Origin: Actinomycetes bacterium
Lineage (GTDB): Bacteria; Actinomycetota; Acidimicrobiia; Spongiisociales; UBA5794
Length of the DNA: 64,000 nucleotides
NCBI GenBank assembly: GCA_024638645.1
Contig: JAHEJX010000213.1
Span: forward strand, 969-64,968
Reading direction: 5' to 3'
The position numbers and the translations under genes were made by a program. Numbering within the stretch: position 1 is the first letter of the stretch; each line of letters begins with the position of its first letter. The notes beneath the pieces were generated by a model, which saw nothing but the letters and a program-made list of their open reading frames with translations, was not told the DNA's origin and made no database searches. Positions 58,011-64,000 of the stretch are shown one piece after another.

Positions 58011-59521
58011 TGCCAATCAATCTCACCAGCCGCCAGGTGCGAACTGTTGAGTGGTTGTTGAAGCACGAAGGTTCGCAGCGTATCGCCGAGATGGCGGGTG
58101 AGCTACGGCTGACACCGCGGATGGTGCGCAGCGACCTCGACGGTATCGAGCGATTCCTCAACCGTTATTCGGTCTCACTGGAGCGGAAAAGGGGTGTCGG
58201 CGTCTGGCTGGAGGGGGATCCGGAGGCGATCGAGGGGGTGCGTCGGTCAATCGCCTCGCTCGAAGACGGAGACGCCATGAGGGTCTATTCGCCGAGCGAC
58301 AGGCTCGCTCTTGCGCTCTTTGAGTTGCTGGCGGCTTCGCCGGGCTCCCTCACCGTTGAGCAAGTGCGACGCACTCTCGAGGTGTCCGTGACATCTGCTC
58401 GCCGAGACATCGCCAACGCTGAGGAGTGGCTTGCCGCCCGTGGCCTCTTCCTAGCCCGGCAGCCGGGAGTCGGGATGAAGGTCGTGGCACCGGAGGCAGC
58501 GGTCAGGCGATCGTTGGTGAAGCTCCTCCTTGAAACAGTGCCGCACAACGCTATTGATAAGCCGACCAGCCAGTCTGAATGGTGGCGCGTATCGGGCATC
58601 TCAGCCGGTCTCCGCGACTTCTTGCGTGCTGTTCCCTTGCCGGAGTGCCATCTCATAGTGCAGGAAAACGACAGCCTGCGACGTCAAGCGGAACTCGGCC
58701 ATCCGTGGCTTGCCGTGGACCTTGCAGTCACCGTGTTTCGGATTCGAGATGGTCGCAACTTGGTGCTCGAGGCAGGAGCGCTGCGCTCGCTACGTGACCA
58801 CCCAGTATGGGAGACGGCCGAGTCGATTGTCCCCGGATTGGAGGCATCGGCCGGTATCGAATTGACCGACGACGAGATCGGTGGTGTCACCGAGCACCTG
58901 CTCGGCATGGCCGAGCTGACGCAGGAGCGGGAGCGGCGCGATGCCACGGACGACCCTCTCGTGGCCAAGGCGGTGGCTTATGCCGCTTCGCAGCTCCATC
59001 CGAGCCTTGCGGACGACCAGGATCTGATTGCCGGGCTGGTCGACCACGTAGAGCGGCTTCGCGTCAGGCTCCGCTATGGCCTTCCGGTTCACAACCCTCT
59101 GCTCCGGGAGGTGTCGAGCCGCTACCCGGAAGCGCATTCGACAGCTAGGGAGATCGCTCGGCTTGTGGGTGATCATCTAGGCGCCCCAGTCTCTGACGAC
59201 GAGGCCGGCTTCGTGACCATGTACCTGTCGGGGGCACTGGAGCGGCTTCGACTCAAACCCCGGCCGCGCGCCATCGTTATGTGCCCTGCAGGGACTGCAA
59301 CCGCTTGGATTCTCGTGTCGCGAATCCAGGCCGAGTTTCCGGAAATCGACCTCGTCGAAGTGCTTTCCGCGACGTCCACCCAGAGCAATGCCGGCGACGT
59401 CGAGGCCGACCTGGTCATTTCCACGGTAGATATAGGCCAGCACCATGGCGGGATTCCGGTCGTTGTCGTCGGTGCCCTTCTGCCCGAGGAAGACATCCGC
59501 AGGGTCGCCAAGCTCCTCTGA
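58010..59521 (+). CDS. PRD-containing transcriptional regulator of the BglG/MtlR family (HTH, PRDs, EIIB-like, EIIA-like)
   Basis: N-terminal winged HTH, a conserved His in PRD-like segments, and a C-terminal EIIB(Gat)-like CPAGTATA. Start overlaps the ptsI stop. Confidence 0.7.
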   Translation: MPINLTSRQVRTVEWLLKHEGSQRIAEMAGELRLTPRMVRSDLDGIERFLNRYSVSLERKRGVGVWLEGDPEAIEGVRRSIASLEDGDAMRVYSPSDRLALALFELLAASPGSLTVEQVRRTLEVSVTSARRDIANAEEWLAARGLFLARQPGVGMKVVAPEAAVRRSLVKLLLETVPHNAIDKPTSQSEWWRVSGISAGLRDFLRAVPLPECHLIVQENDSLRRQAELGHPWLAVDLAVTVFRIRDGRNLVLEAGALRSLRDHPVWETAESIVPGLEASAGIELTDDEIGGVTEHLLGMAELTQERERRDATDDPLVAKAVAYAASQLHPSLADDQDLIAGLVDHVERLRVRLRYGLPVHNPLLREVSSRYPEAHSTAREIARLVGDHLGAPVSDDEAGFVTMYLSGALERLRLKPRPRAIVMCPAGTATAWILVSRIQAEFPEIDLVEVLSATSTQSNAGDVEADLVISTVDIGQHHGGIPVVVVGALLPEEDIRRVAKLL

Positions 59522-59623
59522 TGCAATGAATGTCACAACCCCTTAATGCCCTATTAACACTGGCGGCAGTCCTCCAAAGCGACAAACCTCATCTTTGAAG
59601 AGGACTACAGGAGGAGGAACTGA

Positions 59624-60769
59624 GTGAGAGAGGCTCTTCAGAAATTCGGCGGCAAGCTCGCCGGAATGGTTATCCCGAATATCGGTGCATTTATAGCGTG
59701 GGGATTGATAACTGCTCTCGTCATTCCGACGGGTTGGCTTGCCGAGCTGGGCTGGATCGACGCCGACACAACTGCGGACACATTGACCGGCAATCTTGTC
59801 GGCCCAATGATCAAGTATTTGCTGCCGGTGCTGATTGCATACACCGGCGGCAAGATGGTTCATGGGCACCGCGGAGGTGTCCTGGGAGCGATCGCAGTCT
59901 TTGGCGTGATCGGTGGCGCAGCGTTTGAGCTGTCCTCCGGCGCCGCCGGCGATCCACCACAGTTCCTTGGAGCGATGGTCATCGGCCCGTTGGCCGGTTG
60001 GTTGATGTTGAAGATCGACCACTGGCTGGAGGATCGGACACCGGCAGGCTTCGAGATGTTGTACAACAACTTCTCGCAAGGTATTGCTGGTCTTGGGCTG
60101 ACGTTCATTGGCTATTGGATCATCGGGCCCGTCATGTCGGCGATCGCTACTGCGTTTGGCAACATGGTCGAAGGAATTGCTGACGCCGGACTGCTGCCAC
60201 TGGCAGACATTCCGATCGAAGTCGGCAAGGTCTTGTTCCTGAACAACGCCATCAACCACGGTGTGCTTACGCCGCTCGGTACGGCTGACGTAGCTGAGAG
60301 CGGGCGGTCCATCTACTTCATGCTCGAGTCCAACCCTGGACCAGGTCTAGGCCTGCTCCTGGCTTACTGGTTCGCCGGTAAGGGCCTCGCCAAGCTGTCA
60401 GCACCGGGAGCTGCCATCGTGCACTTCCTCGGTGGTATCCACGAGGTGTACTTCCCGTACGTCCTCATGAACCCGGTGATGATCGGCGCCATGTGGGCCG
60501 GTGGCATCTCCGCCGACATCGTGTTCGTAGCAACGGACGCGGGATTGGTTGGTCCGCCGTCTCCGGGCAGCATCTTTGCCTATCTGCCGCTGTTACCGTC
60601 TGGCGGCGGCGCCTTCGGCGTGATCCTCGGAATAATTGTCGGAGCCGCGGCGGCATTCGTAGTCGGCGTCGTGCTGCTGCGCATGTTCCCGGTGAAAGAC
60701 ATGAAGGACACGGACGCCGATACGGACATCGGCGACATGATGCCGGTGATCCCCGGCGTCGAGATGTAA
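59624..60769 (+). CDS. PTS mannitol-family EIIC permease
   Basis: EIIC(Mtl) topology and motifs (GIHEVYFPYV). GTG start 5 nt after GAGGAGGA. Confidence 0.85.
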   Translation: MREALQKFGGKLAGMVIPNIGAFIAWGLITALVIPTGWLAELGWIDADTTADTLTGNLVGPMIKYLLPVLIAYTGGKMVHGHRGGVLGAIAVFGVIGGAAFELSSGAAGDPPQFLGAMVIGPLAGWLMLKIDHWLEDRTPAGFEMLYNNFSQGIAGLGLTFIGYWIIGPVMSAIATAFGNMVEGIADAGLLPLADIPIEVGKVLFLNNAINHGVLTPLGTADVAESGRSIYFMLESNPGPGLGLLLAYWFAGKGLAKLSAPGAAIVHFLGGIHEVYFPYVLMNPVMIGAMWAGGISADIVFVATDAGLVGPPSPGSIFAYLPLLPSGGGAFGVILGIIVGAAAAFVVGVVLLRMFPVKDMKDTDADTDIGDMMPVIPGVEM

Positions 60770-60841
60770 GAGACCTTCACAATTCGGATGGCGGCGCTGG
60801 TGACGGCGCCGCCATCCGTGTTCCCTCGATAGGAGGATGAC

Positions 60842-61171
60842 TTGTCTGAAACAGTCAAAAAACAGGCCGCCGACGTCAGGTTGATCGTGTTGGCATGTGA
60901 GGCCGGGATGGGTTCGAGCCTCATGGCCGCGAATCAACTCAAGAAGATGGCAAAGAAGGCGAAGCTCGACGTCACAGTTGTCCACTCCGCGGTGCACGCC
61001 ATCCCGGCGCATGCCGATGTGATTCTGGCGCATGCCGGCTTGGCCAAACAGGTCCAGTCGAAGGCTCCGAATGCCGCCGTCGTGGCCTTTCAGATGTTCT
61101 TCAACGATCCCAAATTCAAGGCCGTGATCGCCAAGCTCGAGGCGGGCGAGCCGATCACGTCGGAGGTCTAA
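60842..61171 (+). CDS. PTS EIIB (mannitol/fructose type)
   Basis: Phospho-Cys loop IVLACEAGMGSS. Confidence 0.8.
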   Translation: MSETVKKQAADVRLIVLACEAGMGSSLMAANQLKKMAKKAKLDVTVVHSAVHAIPAHADVILAHAGLAKQVQSKAPNAAVVAFQMFFNDPKFKAVIAKLEAGEPITSEV

Positions 61172-61612
61172 ATGGCCCTAGATGTACTTGACAGCGACTA
61201 CATCAGGTTGGGTCTGCCAACGGTTGGTCGCGATGAAGCCATCGAGGCGGCAGGAGCATTGCTCGTTGCGCGCGGCGTCGCCACTGCGAGCTACGTAGAG
61301 TCGATGCACGCCAGAGAGGCGACGGTCTCGACCTTCCTGGGAAACGGCGTTGCCCTTCCCCATGGCACATACGAGGCCAAAGGCGAGGTACTCGGCACCG
61401 GGATCGTGGTCATGCAGTATCCGGATGGTGTCGAGTGGCCCAACGGTACTGCCCATCTCGTGATCGGGCTTGCAGCCAGCGGCGAAGAGCACGTCGCAGT
61501 GCTGTCGCAGCTTGCTGATGTGCTCCAGGACGAGGTCCTCGCCAAAGAGCTGTGGACATCGGACGATGCCGAGTTCGTCTACATGACATTGTCCGGAGAG
61601 ACTCCCGAGTGA
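61172..61612 (+). CDS. PTS EIIA (mannitol/fructose type, EIIA-2)
   Basis: Active-site His region GNGVALPHG. Confidence 0.85.
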   Translation: MALDVLDSDYIRLGLPTVGRDEAIEAAGALLVARGVATASYVESMHAREATVSTFLGNGVALPHGTYEAKGEVLGTGIVVMQYPDGVEWPNGTAHLVIGLAASGEEHVAVLSQLADVLQDEVLAKELWTSDDAEFVYMTLSGETPE

Positions 61613-62991
61613 AGGCCGCCATCTTTGGCGCCGGCAACATCGGACGGGGCCTCGTTGGAGAGGTCCTCGTCGATAGTGGCTATGACCTGACGTTCATCGA
61701 CGCAGACGCTGGCATCGTTCAGGTGCTGAGTGACGATCCCTCGTACGGAATTCAGTCTCGCTCCGGGTACCGGGAGATCACGGTTGCGAATGTTGTCGAT
61801 GCAGCCGACGAAGACGCAGTCCACTCTGCTGTAGCAGGAGCCAACTTGGTCGCCACCGCGGTCGGGCCGGCTGTGCTGAAGATCGTGGCGCCCGCCATCG
61901 GCCACGGCCTCGAGCGAAACGAGATGTCAGACGTGAACGTGCTCGCTTGCGAGAACGTTCATCCCAACTCGGGGGCGCTACGAGATCATGTGATCGAAGC
62001 CGTTGGCGATGCGGCAGTAAATGGTGTTGGATTCCCCAACGTGGTCGTTGACCGGATCGTGCCTGGTGCGCCGGGCAGTCGTATCGTGGAAGTGGAAGCC
62101 GGGTTCGAGTTCGTGGTGGACCGCACCGATTGGCTCGGGTCGATACCGGAGGGGCCGATCGTTTTCACCCAGAACCTTGACGCCTACAAGCTCCGCAAAC
62201 TCTGGCTTGTCAACGGCCTCCACGCCGTGGCGGCTTGGCTTGGGCTGCGGCGGGGCCACGAACACATTCACGAGGCCATGGCCGACGACTCTGTCAGGGA
62301 TGTCGTTGCCGCTATCGGCGGAACAATGGCTCAGGTACTCGCAACGCGAAGCGACGAGTTCGAAACCTCAGAGCTGCAGGCGTACTGCGCCCGATCGCTC
62401 GGTCGGTTCTCCGATGATTCTCTTCCCGACCAATCCCGGCGGGTCGCGCGGAATCCTCTCGACAAGCTTGCCGCCGGAGAAAGAGTCCTGGCACCCGCCA
62501 ACGGAGCAGAGGAGGTCGGTCTGGACACGGCCCCCTTCGCGGATGCCGTAGCCGCCGCGCTCGGTTTGAGCGCCCCTGACATCGAGGGCATTGATCGCCT
62601 TCTGGCCGCCTTGGAAGAGCAGGGTTGGGAGAGTCTGATCGTCGACCACTGTGGGGTCAAGGCGGGCGGCAGCCTCTATGAGCAGATTGAAGGAAGAATG
62701 AATGAACTGAGTACTAGAAGGGGGATCTCTTTGATCACCGAGGAAATCGTCATCACAAACCCTGCTGGACTCCACGCCCGGCCTGCAGCGGAAATCGTCG
62801 AGGCCGCCAAAGCGTCACCCGCCGAAGTCCGCATTCAGAAGGGGGAGAAGGCCGCCAATGCCAAGAGCATCATGTCGGTGCTGGCACTGGGGGTAAACAC
62901 GGGCGACACAGTCCAACTAACCGTCGAGGGCGAAGGCGCAGACGATATCGTTGCGATCATGCGCCAGATCATGCAATCGGAGGAGCACTAA
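61609..62991 (+). CDS. mtlD: Mannitol-1-phosphate 5-dehydrogenase fused in frame to the phosphocarrier HPr. The HPr module (62741..62991) has its own RBS and TTG.
   Basis: N-terminus VKAAIFGAGNIGRG (MtlD). The C-terminal 83 aa are LITEEIVITNPAGLHARPAA...(HPr His15 loop). There is no stop between the modules. AAGGGGG lies 6 nt upstream of the internal TTG. Confidence 0.75.
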   Translation: MKAAIFGAGNIGRGLVGEVLVDSGYDLTFIDADAGIVQVLSDDPSYGIQSRSGYREITVANVVDAADEDAVHSAVAGANLVATAVGPAVLKIVAPAIGHGLERNEMSDVNVLACENVHPNSGALRDHVIEAVGDAAVNGVGFPNVVVDRIVPGAPGSRIVEVEAGFEFVVDRTDWLGSIPEGPIVFTQNLDAYKLRKLWLVNGLHAVAAWLGLRRGHEHIHEAMADDSVRDVVAAIGGTMAQVLATRSDEFETSELQAYCARSLGRFSDDSLPDQSRRVARNPLDKLAAGERVLAPANGAEEVGLDTAPFADAVAAALGLSAPDIEGIDRLLAALEEQGWESLIVDHCGVKAGGSLYEQIEGRMNELSTRRGISLITEEIVITNPAGLHARPAAEIVEAAKASPAEVRIQKGEKAANAKSIMSVLALGVNTGDTVQLTVEGEGADDIVAIMRQIMQSEEH

Positions 62992-63296
62992 TGGCCCGTC
63001 TCGATCAATCCGGACTCACGTCCGCCATCGCGCAGGTAATGGCAGCCAGGCCCGACGAGTCCGGCGCCGCCGATCTCGTATGTGAAAAAGGCTATGTCGT
63101 CATCGCCGCGGATCCCAACGAGTTCAAGGCCGCGTTCAAGAGGATCAAGAAGGTCGACGGCTATCGCTGGGTCGCGATCAATCGCGAAGATCTCTTTGCC
63201 GCCAACACTCTCTCTCTGGGGAGCAAGGCCGGCATCGTCGACGCCGAAGGCAAGGTGCTGAAGGCGGCCGATGTTCCGCGCAAGAAGATGCGGTGA
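62991..63296 (+). CDS. Hypothetical small protein
   Basis: ORF coupled (TAATG) to the upstream gene. Confidence 0.35.
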   Translation: MARLDQSGLTSAIAQVMAARPDESGAADLVCEKGYVVIAADPNEFKAAFKRIKKVDGYRWVAINREDLFAANTLSLGSKAGIVDAEGKVLKAADVPRKKMR

Positions 63297-63478
63297 CCGA
63301 CGATCGGCCACGGCTAGCTGGTTGGATCCTCCCCCTGCCCAGCACGGTTCTGTGGGCGACCGTCATCGGGTCCGTGGTCTCGTACTTCGTCTTCAGTAGA
63401 GCGGTTGCCAACCTCTTTGCCATTCTCGGCGGGGTCGCCCTCACTGTCGTTCTCGTGGTGCGCGACCGGACGAAGTGA
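63293..63478 (+). CDS. Small 2-TM membrane protein
   Basis: Hydrophobicity. Confidence 0.3.
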   Translation: MTDDRPRLAGWILPLPSTVLWATVIGSVVSYFVFSRAVANLFAILGGVALTVVLVVRDRTK

Positions 63479-64000
63479 CCGCCTTCGAGAGGCAAGAGGG
63501 CGTTTTTTCTGAGCTGGCGGCGTGGATTCGCGCCAGATCCGTGGGCAAACCGGTCCTTGTTGCCATCGACGGCATTGACGCCGCGGGGAAGACGACCTTC
63601 TCGGATGTCTTGGCAGCGATGCTTCGCAACGCGGCCGCCGAGGTCGTCCAAGTCTCTATCGACGGGTTCCACAACCCGGCCCACGTTCGCTACCAACGTG
63701 CGGAGATCGCCCCGGCCGTCAGTTATTACGAGGACTCTTTCGACTACGCGGCGTTCAGGACGCTGGTGCTCGATCCGATCCGCCGTCCCGGCGATCGATC
63801 GATCACGCCGCAGGTATTCGACCACGCCACGGACTCTCCAGTTGAGGTAGAGGCGGTCGATGTCGGCGAAAGCGCGATTGTGCTAGTTGACGGCATATTC
63901 ATGGGTCGCCCGGAACTCGCCGGCTACTGGGACTGTTGGATCTACCTATTTGTCGAGCAGGGAGCGGCGAGAGCGCGCGGCGTACACCGCGACTCGGTCC
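63475..64000 (+). CDS. P-loop nucleoside/uridine-kinase-like protein (3'-partial)
   Basis: Walker A GIDAAGKTT. Runs off the window end. Confidence 0.5.
   Translation, partial: MTAFERQEGVFSELAAWIRARSVGKPVLVAIDGIDAAGKTTFSDVLAAMLRNAAAEVVQVSIDGFHNPAHVRYQRAEIAPAVSYYEDSFDYAAFRTLVLDPIRRPGDRSITPQVFDHATDSPVEVEAVDVGESAIVLVDGIFMGRPELAGYWDCWIYLFVEQGAARARGVHRDSV

Noticed and set aside
61552-61608. ORF-track start of mtlD at 61552 overlapping EIIA
   Set aside because: The conserved MtlD N-terminus begins at GTG 61609, which overlaps the EIIA stop (GTGA). The upstream 19 codons read through EIIA coding sequence in another frame.

Overview
This is a high-GC (~65-70%) chromosomal segment with an Actinomycetota-like gene order. 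Mycobacterium and Streptomyces show the same neighbourhoods: cofD/cofE(fbiA/fbiB), manB, DUF3499, ahcY, comF-like, hpf, secA, ftsE, ftsX, smpB, ssrA, and mec(JAB)/MBL/rph/rdgB.

From 5' to 3' the window contains:
(1) A cell-envelope polysaccharide cluster with very large secreted LamG and beta-helix proteins, a GT4, an O-antigen-ligase-like membrane protein, a priming sugar-phosphate transferase, UDP-glucose dehydrogenase and an epimerase.
(2) fpg/nei overlapping cofE (ATGA), with cofD immediately downstream on the same strand (F420 biosynthesis). The cofE here is a short single-domain form.
(3) A GT2-membrane protein with a secreted partner and a membrane-anchored thioredoxin-like protein, then three tiny Cys-rich proteins.
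(4) A GT-C / GtrA / GT2 polyprenyl-phosphate-sugar glycosylation triad.
(5) manB, trm112 and ahcY.
(6) A divergent FtsH-like protease, comF-like and hpf. hpf is translationally coupled to an orphan LuxR response regulator, which is followed by a HEAT-repeat protein and an HD-GYP protein that share an N-terminal domain.
(7) secA, then prfB with its programmed +1 frameshift site, then ftsE, ftsX, an M23 peptidase and smpB.
(8) An insertion between smpB and tmRNA carrying an EamA transporter with no canonical start and a fusion of a nucleoside-2-deoxyribosyltransferase-like domain to a deoxynucleoside kinase.
(9) The tmRNA gene (ssrA), followed by a hairpin and a (CCGGTAT)n microsatellite.
(10) Thioesterase, GNAT, two lipoproteins, ybaK, mec-like JAB, MBL, rph and rdgB. 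rdgB ends in a (TAATACC)8 array.
(11) A mannitol-type PTS operon: ptsI, a PRD regulator, EIIC, EIIB, EIIA, and mtlD fused in frame to ptsH.

A family of REP-like imperfect palindromes with a CCGGTATTC / GAATACCGG core recurs at gene 3' ends. The two heptamer arrays look like expansions of that core.

There are no CRISPR arrays, integrases or transposases. Many long antisense ORFs in the supplied track are GC-driven artefacts.
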